DNA from: the human T2T-CHM13v2.0 reference genome, Homo sapiens
Reading direction: 5' to 3' (one strand)
DNA length: 64,000 bases
Assembly: GCF_009914755.1 (NCBI RefSeq)
Contig: NC_060942.1
The notes below the pieces were generated by a model. That model had not been told where the DNA came from. It made no database searches and was given only the letters and a program-made list of their open reading frames with translations. The position numbers and the translations under genes are program-made. Below are positions 41,110 through 55,074 of this stretch, piece after piece (within the stretch, counting starts at the first letter, position 1; each line of letters opens with the position of its first letter).

Positions 41110-41353
41110 TCTTTTCCCTCCCAGCTTTATTGAAGTAAAATTGACAGATTAAAACTGCTTATATTCAAGATGTACAAGGTGTTGATTTGCTATACACATA
41201 CATTGTGTAATGATTACCACAATCAAATTAATTAAAACTTCCTTTAGCACACAGCCACTACCTTGTGTGCGTGTGTGTTGTGAACACTTAAGATTTGCTC
41301 TGTTAGCAAATTTTAACTAAGAAATACAGTATTATTAACTAAGGTCACTACAT
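41110..41353 (-). mobile_element. L1MA8/9-like 3' end
   Basis: cagctttattgaagtaaaattgaca...gattaccacaatcaaattaatt...aacacttaagattt...aatacagtattattaact. Confidence 0.85.
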
Positions 41354-41519
41354 TAAGTATGGCTTGTAGGTTTCCAGAGAGAAGACTAAAATGCAACCTT
41401 TGTGAAGTAATAAGGAAGTTCTCAGACAATAATTATTTCCATGTACAGTTCTAGAGAAGAGATGGACCGATTTGCGTAAGATGTTCTTTTTTGAAACAGA
41501 AGAATGCAAAACCAGCACG

Positions 41520-41880
41520 AGTTAGAGTCTATAAAATCACACGTGAACGTAGAGTTAGGTTCCAAGATATTTACTAGGAATGAATACTTCTAACAGGAAA
41601 GGGAAGAAAAAGAATGGGAAAAGGAAGAATGTGAACTTCTATGCCAACCTGAAATTTCACATTTGTGTTATCAGAAATGTCCTGACCTTTTGTTTCATTC
41701 AGTTACCAAATACGGACTGCGACGGGAAAGTGTGACTTTGGGCAAGGTGGCTGTCTGCCGCTAAGGAAGATTCTGAAGGTGCCAAAGCTGCTGGCTGCCT
41801 TCTGACTGCACTCCTGTAGTGGGCAAGCAAGTCCTTCCTCAAAAGGGGATCTGTCTTTGCATTTCCATGTTTGCCACAAA
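41520..41880 (-). mobile_element. Old MLT1K/L-like MaLR LTR fragment
   Basis: gtgactttgggcaaggtggctgtctgc...agcaagtccttcctcaaaaggggatctg resembles my recollection of the consensus. Confidence 0.5.
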
Positions 41881-42437
41881 AATATCAAATAGTATCACTT
41901 GAAATTTGTGAATTGTAAATCCTGACCTAGTGGACATTGTTGAGCAGACCCCAGATTATTATTCTTGTAATAATTAGGGTTTTGTTATGGAAAGGATGGC
42001 CAGGACCCCAGAGGAAAACACAAAGAAATAAGGGAGACTCTGGGCTGAGGGACCAAGGTTATTACAGATAGGCTGGGGTTTTGTTTTTGGTAAAGGAGAA
42101 CTGTTTCTGGTTACACTTATTGGCACATAAAGTTTTTAAACACAATCAACTGTCAACTATTCTTTATACTATTGTTTTCCTGATTTTAATTTATGTCTCA
42201 TGTTTAAAATAAATGCATTTTAGCATCAACTTTTCCTAATATTGAAATATTTAGAAATATAATAATATAATTTTTATATTATAATAATCATATTTAGCAT
42301 TCATACTAAATAATCATATTTACTTTTCCTTTTCTATGCTAAACCTATTGTAATAGTGCAAATTCTGCCAGGCATTGTGTGACAAAGTGCAGTGACACTA
42401 TCGGTGTCATTGAATTACAGCATAATAAATGAAAGTA

Positions 42438-42858
42438 CAGTTGACCCTTGAACAATGCAGGGTTAGAGGCACTGACCCCTGAACAGTCAAATATCTGTAC
42501 ATAACTTTTGACTACCCCCAAACTTAACAACTAATAGCCTACTGTTGGCCAGAAGCTTTACCAAGAATAAAAATAGGGAATTAACACATATTTTATAGTT
42601 ACATATATTCTTACAATAAAGTAAACAAGAAAACAATGTTTTTGTGAAAGTCATAAGAGAAAATATGTTTACTACTCAATACATAGAAGTGGATCATTGT
42701 AATGGTCTTCATCTTCATGGTGGTCATGTTGAATAGACTGAGAAGGAGGAGGAAGAGGAGGTCTTGGTCTTTCTGTCTTAGGCGTAGCAGAGGCAGATGA
42801 AAATCTGCATATAAGTGGATCCATACAGTTCAAACCTATATTGTTCAAGTGTCAACCA
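42438..42858. mobile_element. Tigger2a (MER28) DNA transposon
   Basis: TIRs cagttgacccttgaacaa / ttgttcaagtgtcaacca with TA TSDs at 42436-42437 and 42859-42860. Confidence 0.92.
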
Positions 42859-44600
42859 TATATATTCCAACTTTGGAAGCAATAGCTCTGTATTTTATGA
42901 ATGAACTTAAGACCTTGGAGAACAATGGTAGTGGCCCATGACTGCATGTACAAGGACCTGGACCAGTGCCCTGCAGTGAATGAGTATCCAGGGGAGAGGA
43001 CAAGGCTTTAACATCAGTGTGGTTTGTCTGAGAATAGCAAAAACAGTAAAAGGTAACTCAGCCAACACTTCTCTTTCTGTTCCTAGAATTGGAAAGAGGG
43101 ATGGATCCTTTTGGACTGAGCAAACCCCTGAGATTTTCTGGGCAATTAAAGTGTGTGTGTGAAGAGGTCATCAGGGAAGGAAATATAACTTTTGCTACTA
43201 AGGGAAGTTGGTATTCAAACTATAAATTGGATAAATTAAAGAAGTGTATCCATATTTATACAATGAGACTGTGAAGTAGATCACAGCAATTACATATTTA
43301 AAGGAGGATGAAAAGTATAGTTAAAGGGTGATTCTTCATCTTCTTCAGAGAAGATACCGTGTTTCAGTTTCCATCTGATTACTTTATATTGGTATACCTT
43401 TGGGTAAGTCCCTTTATCTTTTCAGAACTGCAGTTTCTGTGCCAAAATAAAACCAAACCACAAAAAAACAGAAGTAGTTGAAGTAGAACTCCTGAATTCT
43501 TTTCAATGTTTTAATGTCTGTAGCTCTTTAAAAATTCTGCTAATAATATCCATATATGATTTTAGTCTCCTGTAGGGTGAGAAAATGGACATTTTTTTAT
43601 TTCTGTAAAAATTAGGAATAAACAAATAAATCTTCCCCAATTCTGCCTTCAATTCCCTGAAACACTGACATAAAATGTGTATAAAAAAGACCATCCTTTA
43701 AATCTGTTTTGTCAATTATTTTGCTGTCGTAGGACCAGAACTCTAACAACAGTTAAATGGCAAAGTTGAAATTCAAAACAACAACATACGACAAACAATA
43801 AAGCTCACAGGCCCTCATCCCAGAAATCAAACAGATCAGCTTTTTAATCTAGGCAACCGTCAGGTATTTTTAACTGAATGTTGAATAAAGGGAACCCCTC
43901 AAAATTCACAGTTACCATCTCTTGTTCACCAAATTTACCAAAGGGAGAATTTTAGGGCTCAGCATTGCATCACTTTTCCATTAAAATTCTAACAGCACCT
44001 GTAGTATCAAATCCCCTTTATTCTTCTCCGCCACGAGTGATTAGTGTTTTCCTGCATTCATCAAATTCCTTGTGACCTTTACCCCATATTTCAGTGTCAT
44101 TCCTCTCTCAAATGCAACTAGGATATTCTCTTCTAGCACATTTTGATGGACAAGGCAATCCATTCTGTTGTCTAACCTCTATATCAAAGTGACAAAAGAT
44201 TCAGTGGTTTAACAGCTGGAGAAATTTTCATTACATGAATGAGATTTAGATAACACTTCCATTAACAGTACTTAAGATCAATGTCCCTAAACTACCATTC
44301 CCAAATCAAGAGTTTATTGTGTGTTTTAACACTTTAGAGCCACAAAGTGTTTTCTTACTCAAACTGCCTGTAATACAATTTGGGATGAAAGTTATTTAAA
44401 TAATGTTGAGATCATATATTGTGAACCTCCAGCAAATAGCAGAAGATGCCCTCACCCTCCACTGAAATTATAAAATGAAATAAATACAGTAAAGGTCTTT
44501 AAAGGGTGCTCTACGCAAAGGGTGCTCTGTGCAGTTATGCAGCTACCCTAGCTCCCACCTGGTGTTTATGGAATCCACTGTTGGCTTAAAGAAGTGACTT

Positions 44601-45191
44601 TGATACAGGAGTTAAGAAGAAATTACTTAGGCAGATAGTGAGGGTATGGAAGTCCTTGGTAAGGTTTTCTTTTTAATGAAAAGCAGCCCCAAATTATTTT
44701 TCTGTCTAACAAAGGCAGCCTGTAAAATTGAGCTGCAGACATAGATGCTGGCAGTAGTACCAATCATGTTCAAGATGGAGGCTCCATCTTCCCTTCTCTT
44801 TGTCACCATGTGTACGGTAAGGCGCAGAAAAGATGGCCTGGCTAAGGGAAAGTTCATTTGCATAATAAGATTAGGGTGGGTTGACCAGCCTTCCCTGTGC
44901 ACTATGTAAATGTCACACCTGATGGAACCAATCTGTGAGCCCTACATAAATCAGACACCGCCTCCTCAAGCTGGACTATAAAATCCGGCGCGTTAGTCAC
45001 CAGCCAGTGTTTTCCTCTGGGAAGTCCCATCTCTCTCACTAGAGAGAAAGTTGTTTTCCTTTCTATTTCTTTCTCTTTTCTTTGCCTATTAAACCTCCAC
45101 TCCTAAACTCCTCCTGTGTGTCCTTGTCCTAAATTTTCCTGGTGAGAGACAACGAAACCCGGGTATTTACCCCAGACAACCAGCTGCTTCA
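44601..45191 (+). mobile_element. ERV1-class solo LTR (MER61/LTR27-like group; exact family uncertain)
   Basis: TG...CA ends, perfect 4-bp TSD ACTT at 44597-44600 and 45192-45195. CCAAT 44928-44932, TATAAAA 44977-44983, ATTAAA 45088-45093. Confidence 0.9.
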
Positions 45192-48100
45192 ACTTGTTCA
45201 GTTGAACCATTCTCAGACACTCAGTCTAATCCCTCTTCTCACTCACCACTCTTTCAAGTAAAAAAAAAACTAAGCCAGAATTATGACTTCATTTTAAAAT
45301 TTTGTCTTCTGACATAGCTCTTCAATAACTCCCATTCACCGAATAAAAATAATTCCTTTAATTTTGAAATTAATATTTCTGTGAATAGATTGTAAATGAG
45401 TAGTAGTCCTCAAATGAGTCTGGGACAGATTTTGGCATATAATGGACAATCCTTATTTACTTGTGAAATTGTTAGGATGAAATGCAACTGGTTTTGTGGT
45501 AAGTACAAGAAATTAGTGATAGGGTGATACTGGTTTTTGAATTAATTGTCTCAAAGTTTTGTTTTTATAGAATTTACGATATACCTTCATTTTTGCTTAA
45601 TTGCTTGAGTAATATGTATGCCAAGATAAATTTTGATTTCACTGATTCTCTTTATTTTAGCTGATATAAAACAAAGTAACTGACAGTAATTTTAAGTCAA
45701 ACTTCAAGGATTATTAAGACCAGTGGTTACTAATATTATAGAAAGACTACCTAGGAATATCCAACCTAAGACACTCCCATGAAATATATGGAATATTTTG
45801 ATGTCAAGAAAAAACATTTTCTAAGTTTCCAACATGTTCCCACCTTCAGCAGTAGGAACTCATTTATAGTAGCTGTGAGATATGGGCCTGGAGATCACTC
45901 CACTCACCAAATGGGTAAAGTAAGGCAATGGAATGAAGAGTAAAAATCCACTGACAAGTCTTAAAATATATTGAAAAAAATTAGGAATTTGCATAGTTGG
46001 AGCACCTGATGGATTCTAAAAAAAGAAGCAGAGGGAGGCATTAGAAAAACATGACTTTATATGCTAATAAAAGGAAGATTAGTTTCTGGGGATACTAGGA
46101 AAGAGGGTATATTTCCAATTTTTTTTGGATTGCTTTTACAAACAGTTGATGTAATCTTTATGGCATAAATGTAGACTGTAACTTCAGGTAAAGTTGCATG
46201 GAAAAAAAGAAAGGCAATTGTGTTTCTACTGTCTCCTACTACCTTATACCAAAACTTACCACTTAGTTGTAATATGTGTTTGGTCAAGGGTATGTCTCAT
46301 GTGTAGAGTTTGACATAGGGTGGAGAGAAATTTGTTGCTCCTTTGTCAGTTAATGAAGTAACTCTCTGGAATTTCCTACACAAATATATGGAGTTACTTC
46401 TTAACCCTACTACTTTCAGCACTCTGTGCACATTTGTTATGTTTTTCTAGATTGGATAATTAAACTTTTGTTGTTATTTGATGGAGATAGTAGTCCAATA
46501 AAATCAAACCAGAAGAAGCCAACAATTGAAATTTGCTTTAATTTCGTTATTTTTTAAAGTGAGACAATTTGCCAGATGATTTTGATCATAATTTATACTG
46601 GAGAACACATTTCCTGTTTTACATCCAGATATAAATATTGGATCATGTTGGCTATTTCAGTCTTTTTCCTTGTGCTGTACAGGCTGCATTTGGTATTCAT
46701 TTCAGATTCACCTGCTAGACAATCATTTCCCTTTCCCTTACCCTGCAAAATGAATCTTCAAACAGATGGTATGCATGGAAACGAATCTGATCCAATACTC
46801 TCAGCAATACCACTAAAAAATCACCTGAAAAATATTGTCTCATGTCTCTAGAGTTCCCATTTTAGCAATTATCTAAAATAGTAAACTCATACCAAATACT
46901 ATATTTTAATTATGACTAAAAGATTTGGAAGATTCTTAGTGAATGCGTATGTAAAGGAAGCTAACAAAGAAATTCACTTTTCCATGTTATATAAAATTTA
47001 TACCAAATAAATCCTCTGATTCTGCACATTCAGTTTTCTAACTGGCTGTAAGGTATCAGATTTTACCTCTTCCCTGCATCTCTTTACTAGAAGCTGAATA
47101 TTAGAAAAATAAGCTTAGGCCAATAACGACAATTATTTAGAAAGCTGATTTTTAATTCTGAAAACTATATTTTTTAAAAAGAATAAAATAAACTAGGAAG
47201 AAAACTATTTCTAATTTGTCTTAGAAGTGTGAATCATTGACTGATGTTTCTTCTCTAGCTATCCTTAGAAATGCCAAACTCTACATCACTATATCATTAC
47301 CTAGTGACCTAGATCTATGAGAAGACGTAAGACTAACATGAGCTAATTTCTCTACTTAAAGGGGAGAGGGTAAGCATATGTTTTTGCATTTTTGGCACAG
47401 AAAGGTGATGCTGGAAAGCTCTGGTTTTCAGACATTTTCCAAGCAACTTCTCTGCAGCTCCCAATCTGCATGTTTCTACTGTGTGTGTCTCCCTGGTGTG
47501 AAATTGATTAGGAGCAGCATGAATCTGTCACTGAGAGTTACAGTGACTGGGATTTAGGGGGACTTCAGCCTATTTTTGTTGATGCTCTACTGTGCCCACA
47601 CACCCCTTCAAATATGACCCGGGTCTGAAAATGATGTGGTTTGATGTGTCACGATCCTCATGGACAGATGTTTCTTTTTGAGGAAATATGAAGACAATTT
47701 TGACCCCCTTGTTATTCTCCAACAAAGAATGAACAGGTCAGAAGATTAACATGCTTCTCAATATGATAGTAAATATCTGCAGAACTATATCTGAAGGAAT
47801 AACAGAAAATGTAAGAAAACTACTCATCAACAACTTAAGTGGTCAGAGCCATGTCTTTTATTCGCACAACACTAATCCTTTTTAAAACACATCATACTTC
47901 AAATTCCTTGAATTTAGGAGCCTTTAAGTATTTCTTCTATCATGTATTATTGTTTATTTGTAAGAATATATGCCGGTGCTTCATGGTAAAGTGGTGAATT
48001 AGTTTATATTGCAGTGGCATTGACATCTATTATTGAAAAGCAGTAGATTGTACATTCTAATAGTATCTTCTTGCAACCAAACAAAAATACCCAAATATTC

Positions 48101-51100
48101 AAATTTAGTTTGATAGTAAATGCACATTAAATTCATATGATTTGGTTAAATAAAATTATTTAATGTCTTCTTAAACATAGGACATGGTAGTATGGTTAGT
48201 TTTAGCTAGGAGTTCAAGGAATAGAACAGATTCTTTTACTTTGGAGTAGCCAAAAATACTGAAATGCCATTCTGTATCTTGAGAAAAGGAACTGTTGCAT
48301 GTTATTTGAAAATAAAAAAGGAGAATAGCCATAATTCATACCTCTTATCCATTAGTGATTTTGTGCATATTAAACCCAATTCAATCAGAGTCTCTGGGTT
48401 GGGGTCTGAACATTAATATCCTCTGACAGCTAATCAACCAGGATTCAGAACCATTGATGTAGCTCAAATAACATTTTCTTCTTTTTGCCCCCACTTTTTT
48501 TGCTCACTCCTTCAGACTTCATGCTGACATAACTTAGCTTCCCCTCTGTGATAATCACATTTTGCAGACAAATCTTTTCTGTGGTATTTCTATGACACTG
48601 TATTAGAATTGTTTATGCACATGTCATCTTTCTCTTGCTGGACCATAAGGTCATTCAGGTCACAGATAGTCGTTGTTTGTATCTGACATGATATGTTTGC
48701 AAATACAATGATTTAGGCACACAAAGGAACAATTATGCATATTAAAATTTATGGAAATCTAATTACATGGTTTAAAAAACGATGGTTTTAGTTAATGGGA
48801 ATAGGTTTTTGATAATGAGAAGCTGGTAACTGTGAAAGGAAGACAGGACGTGGTGGAATTACTTTTGCTTACTCGTGATAGTTTTGTCTCAAAGGTTATG
48901 GCACTGAAAGTCAGGAAATACTCAGTGAGCTAGGCTAAACAGGGTGCCATTCGAATTTACAGATGTCCTATGCAAGAGTGTAAAACAAGAGCCTGCTGTC
49001 TAACTTACCTCTTACCTTCATAAAGAGTGGGTGTGGTATGCAGTCAAACGAAGGAGAGAAAAACAATGGGTAAGAGCAAAGACTGGGAAACAATAAAAAC
49101 GTGCTCAGAGGTCAGACTCTCCAAACACTCCAGTTACTTAGTACTCCATCTTGAAAACTCTGCTCTCCAAGCAAAACCCTCTAGTAACAAACACAAATAT
49201 AATTCCATCTTCTGTTGTCTGCAAGTTCAGAGAAAAGAGCAATGGTGGTGTGAATGTATGTGACTGCTTTCTGGTTCCAGGTGAGAGGAGGGAGATACCT
49301 CACCCTGGAAGTATGTTGGAAGTTGTTCTTCATCCTTAGAAGGATGACCAGTTCAGGCACAGCCAGGCCTCATGGGAAATGGAATGGGGGAGATGGTGAC
49401 ATGGGTGCAGATGTCAAGTCTTGTAAAATCAGTTCTGCACAGAAAATTTGCAACATGGGATTATTTCCTATACCGACATTTTCTCTCTTCATGGCACCCT
49501 CCAGGCGTTTCAAGTGCCTCTTTCCCTCATGCCCCAGATTCTAGTTTCTTATCCAGCTATGAAATTCTCTATTCCAGCAGAGAACAATACTGATCTTGCT
49601 GATATCACACAGACCTCTACATCATATGTAGAGGAGCACAGAACTCATAAAATTCTCATTTTCATTAGAAAAAAACAGAAACATGATATAGCACCATTTT
49701 TCCTTGCACTGGTTATATCCCATAGATTGCTGTTAATAATACTTTAATGTAGGAGCATTTGCAAGCATGAAGTTTTGTTTTTTTTCTTTTTTCCTCCTCA
49801 GCACCTGGTTGTCATTTACTATTTACGTGTAATCTTAGGGAGGTAGAGAGTGGTAATTCACATAAAAGAAATCCTTCAGAATAAGTTAAAATAACTTAAT
49901 GCTTCATCAGAACTCCAAAGGAAGAGCTTGGTACAGAAAGACCATAGAATACTGCCCCTGTTTTTATTAAGAAATATAGAAAAAGAGCATTAGCAGAAGT
50001 GATTTTATGGTATTTTTATGTTAGGCAAATTTTTCTCCAATTTACCATTTAGTCTACAAAGCAATATATTTTATTAAGGTGAACATTCTTTAAATATAAT
50101 TCTAAACTAAACTCTTTTATTCCTGTAGATGGTTAAAAAAAAAGAATTTATATATGTTAGGAGTAAAAAGTGGTTCTTAGAAGATAAACATGGAGGTTTT
50201 AATTAATTTAGGAGAAAAGCATATGGTTAATAATTTACTGTAATTATATGGTTTTTGGTTTCCTGAATCCTGTCTTCCACCATTTCAATAAAAAGCAGAA
50301 TTAATCATAAGGAAAAAATATAATGGTTTCTTGCATTTCCATAGCTAATCTCATCTGTTATCCAAAACCTAGCTTTCATGACCCAGAGCAATAATTTTTA
50401 TCTACTACAGAAGCTCTAACTATGGATTAACATTGATTTTTTTCCCTTTTTCTCAACTTCCATAGGCCCAGGAAAGTTTATAGCATCAGGAGTTCATGTT
50501 CCTTTACTGTACTCTTAAAGTTTCTGTATACTCTGATTATAAGACAGTTATTTACCATGAGCTACTGCCATTTCATATCAGGCAAATGTTCCATTTTTCA
50601 GAATATGAGTCTATAAATTTATTTCCACTTTCCCTCTTTAACAATAATTTGGAGCTTACATTCTAAATTGTAATATTTCTGTGGTTTCTTTATTCCTCCT
50701 CATCCTCTTGATTGTCTAAAAGTACAACTATGTCAAGAATATGCCAAAGTACATCGAATGCCTGGACTGTCTTTTCCTTTTTCTTTTCATTCAAAAGAAT
50801 TGAATTTCCTGGGTGCGTTCCTGATGGGGTGGCTGTGTGTTCCTTTTGCTCCATTACATTCTCTCATTCTCACTCGTATGTTCTCATTTTCCTTCTCTTT
50901 CTCCAGCATATTTAGTAGCCAGTTTTTCAGGTGAAAGATGTTCCATTAGCTTCAGAAAATATTGAAATCGGACCGTGGTCACTGCAGTCAGTATATTTCA
51001 TTTGCTTCCTTTCTCAACCCAGTTAGTTTTGCCTCCATGTCTTTTCTTCAGCTGTTAAATACTAAGTGGGATTGAATTAGAGGGATGGTGCTGAAGAACT

Positions 51101-51893
51101 CTCGCTAAAGAAACACAAAGATGTGTACCTTCTTTTATTTTTTTAAATAACATGTCCTTGCCACTTATTTACTTTGAATCCATTTTCTAAGTGACACGAG
51201 AAAAGAGCAAAGCATAAATCATGAGGTGTGTCTTTATGAAAGATTTGAGCTCTGGAGGGTACAACACCTGCCCTCTGAGGTCAAAGCAGCATCTCGTGCC
51301 CTTTGTGCTGTGCTCTCTCCTCTAGCCAGGCCCACGGGGAGGGCAGAGGAAGAGTCACTGCTGCTTTCTCCAGCGGCTGCTCACCTGCTACCGGAGAGAA
51401 AAGGTGACCTTGAAATAAGAGTGTGCTATACTTTGAAAGAAATCGTCTAAATAACAGCACAATAAATGAGGGCATTATTCCCATCATGACTGTCTTCAAG
51501 GTTTTGCTTTCTGCTTACCATTCTCCCTGACGGTTCTTTTTATTCCCTCCTACATCAAAATTCTCCTCCTTTGCTTCAAATAAGTTAAGGCGATACCTTC
51601 TTAGTACTCACGGCTCTGCTGTATTTATAGGAGTGTTGCTGATTTTCCATTTCTATTTTCTGACCACTTTTACCCTTCCTTAATGCCTTTGACCTCACTT
51701 TGTGAAATGTACGCCCATGTGAACACACATGTGGGTGTGCACACACACACTTTTATTTACAGTCTAGGAGTATAATCATGGATTTACTTTATTTAAATAA
51801 CTTTCCATTTCCCTCGTTCATTTGTTATTCACTGTGAAGCTTCCAGCTTTAAGGAATATATATTTCATTCTTTATTTAAAATGCAGAGTTTCA

Positions 51894-52205
<312 letters not shown>

Positions 52206-52574
52206 AAATTGCAGAATTTCAGATATTAAATTTAGAAAGTAAAGATTTTCAAAGCACACTAAATTGTGCCAAAAATGCAGAAATGCAAGTATGTAAATGG
52301 AGTACAGGGCCATGACTAATGTTCATGAACATTTCTCTTTAATGTCCAGTCACAAAAATATTTTTTTTTTGTTTCCTTTTCCTTACCCTTTCCTTTGCAC
52401 TTTGATTCTAGACTATTCCATGGACAGAGGTTCAGATCCCGACCTGTCTAAATTTTGGCATCTCTTCACCAAACTCTGGAGCCCTAGCGACACCCTGGCT
52501 CCGCTTTGATGTCACCGATTGGTTTCTGGTATCTTGTGTGCACTTTTCCAGCATTTGATCCTTGACATTTTCTT

Positions 52575-53242
52575 CCTTTCCTTTCCTTTCCTTTCCTTTC
52601 CTTTCCTTTCCTTTCCTTTCCTTTCCTTTCCTTTCCTTTCCTTTCCTTTCCTTTCCTTTCCTTTCCTTTCCTTTCCTTTCCTTTCCTTTCCTTTCCTTTC
52701 CTTTCCTTTCCTTTCCTTTCCTTTCCTTTCCTTTCCTTTCCTTTCCTTTCCTTTCCTTTCCTTTCCTTTCCTTTCCTTTCCTTTCCTTTCCTTTCCTTTC
52801 CTTTCCTTTCCTTTCCTTTCCTTTCCTTTCCTTTCCTTTCCTTTCCTTTCCTTTCCTTTCCTTTCCTTTCCTTTCCTTTCCTTTCCTTTCCTTTCCTTTC
52901 CTTTTTCCTTTCCTTTCCTTTCCTTTCCTTTCCTTTTCCTTTCCTTTCCTTTCCTTTTTTTTTTCCTTTTGAGACAGAGTCTCACTCTATTGGCCCAGGC
53001 TGGAGGTCTTGGCTCACTGCAACCTGCACCTTCTGGGTTCAAGCAATTCTCCTTCCTCAGCCTCCCAAGGTAGCTGAGATCACAGGCAAGCACCACCATG
53101 CCCAGCACATTTTTGTGTCTTTAGTAGAGATGGGGTTTCACTACGCTGGCCAGGCTGGTTTCGAACTCATGACCTCAAATGATCTGCTCACCTTGGCCTC
53201 CCAAAGTGCTGGAATTACAGGCATGAGCCACCACACCTGGTT
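52575..53242 (-). mobile_element. AluS element whose tail carries the AAAGG array
   Basis: Alu body at about 52966-53242. An 18-bp TSD gatccttg(a/g)cattttctt at 52557-52574 and 53243-53260 encloses the array. Confidence 0.95.
52576..52955. repeat. (CTTTC)n = (AAAGG)n pentanucleotide array
   Basis: 65 uninterrupted units at 52576-52900, then interrupted units merging into the Alu poly-T. Confidence 0.98.
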
Positions 53243-53289
53243 GATCCTTGGCATTTTCTTAGACTGGACTTTGGATTATTCATGAATAG

Positions 53290-53705
53290 CTTCAGTTGTC
53301 CAAAAAGAAAAAAATAACAAATAAACAAAAATAAACACTGAAGGGCTTATTTCTTATATGAAATCTGAGAATAAGAAATCTAGGGTTGGTATGGGAACCT
53401 TATGGAGTTTTCAGAGCTACTCATTTTAGTTTCTGCTCTGCCATCCTCAGCATGTCCACAGTGTTGCCACATATTCCAAGAGGGCTGCTTGAAGTTCAGT
53501 CATCTCATCAGCCATTCCAGGAAACAGGTACAAAGCAGTAGAGAGGCAAAAAGTACTCCTGGCAGCTGAGTTAATCTTTTTTCAGCAGCCTGCCTGAAGT
53601 TCTGTCACATCCACATACATTTCATCTAGAAAGCTGGGATGTCTTGTGGTTGTAGGTCTTCCCTAAGGACAGAAAGGGGAGATTAAATAATAGATGGCAA
53701 GAAGA
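53290..53705 (-). mobile_element. Old ERVL/MaLR LTR (LTR33-like)
   Basis: ttctgctctgccatcctcagcatg...ccaagagggctgct...ccattccagg motifs. Confidence 0.5.
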
Positions 53706-55074
53706 ATTCTCTAACCCATTTTCATTTCAGGGCTGACCGATTATGCCACAAGGAAGTAAAGGAATGGGGCTCAGTGAAGGACTGAAATGATTAAAATTTT
53801 TTTACTAACAAAGGAAATGAGAAGAGGAGCAGACCCAACTTGGGCTTGCACAGTGGAAATTGTCTTGCATCCACCCTCCGCTATCAATGTGAGAAACAGA
53901 CTACATGAATTTACTTCCCTCTTGAGACCAAAGTGAGTCTCACAAAGGCCTTTCTTCAGCAACTAAGCCCTTCTGAAATATTGTTTTGTTTCCTTCAAAA
54001 GTCTTTAGTTTATGTGGCAGACTTTTCGCTGTCCTCATTTTTCAAGACCAAATCCCTCAATTTTGTCTCATTTCATTTTAATAACTTCACAAAATAACTC
54101 ATAAGTATCTTATATTAACAGGGATAATATAATTTTAGACCAATCTGAGGGGTATGGACTCTACAGGTTTTAGGCCTATGTCCATCTGATCGTCAAGAAC
54201 TCCTCTGTTAAGTTCTTTTTTGTAAATGGAGCTGAGCAGTCTTCATTGAGTCATGCATGCATATGAAAGGCTCTGTTCACTGTTTCCTGCCTTGATTTGG
54301 AGACTGCTGTCCTGAAATTGGCAGGCTTGCAGATGACACATGTGCAACTTCTGAGCCTCATCCTCATCACTGCCCTCTTGCTTTTTTGGAATGCTCTGTA
54401 CTAAGTAACCCCTGGTCCTCAAACCAGTAAGAAGGACATCCAGAACACTTTTTTTCTCTGAGACAGGTTCTACTGCTGAAGATAAGCTGAGAGTATTCCA
54501 GGACCCCCTAGGTGTTAGTGGTTCTTCACTTTACCTGAATATTTGATTTGTGGGATAAATTCTAGAAATGCTGATTTAAACATCTTCTCTCCACAGTCTC
54601 TAGTCTATGTCCTCTTCAACCCCATGAGTTTACCAATAATACCTTGTGAACTTGACCACAGGAATCAAAGTCTGTAGAATGTGACATATGTTGGCAAATG
54701 CCAGATGTATCCACGGTAATGTACATGAACCCCTCCCTAGGTAATAAGGTACCTGCTTCTTCCTTTTAAGATACCTAGTCCTGCAAAAAAAAAAAATTCA
54801 ATCCTAGTCTTCCAGAACTGTGTTTTCAGTCTTAGAGTGCTAATGCCCATGCGGAAATGTACTTACGTTGAGACAACCTTTGCCTCCCTAGGTGTTTTCT
54901 TCTAGGAGGATGTGTTTAATTCAATACATGCTTTATGTCTCCTAGGTACACAGTGACACACACCAGTCATGGGGCACAGTTTATTATGAATGACATGTTA
55001 TAAATAACAGCAAAAATACCAAGGATTACATATATTTTTTTTTGAATAAAATCAATGAGATAAAACCAAATTTG

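Noticed and set aside
49275-49315. ggagatacc motif resembling the U1 5' region
   Set aside because: Only 9 nt match and there is no colinear U1 sequence on either side.
52512-53108. 136-198 aa ORFs (KGKER / FPFLS repeats)
   Set aside because: Translation of the pentanucleotide array plus Alu; the absence of stops is a property of the repeat.
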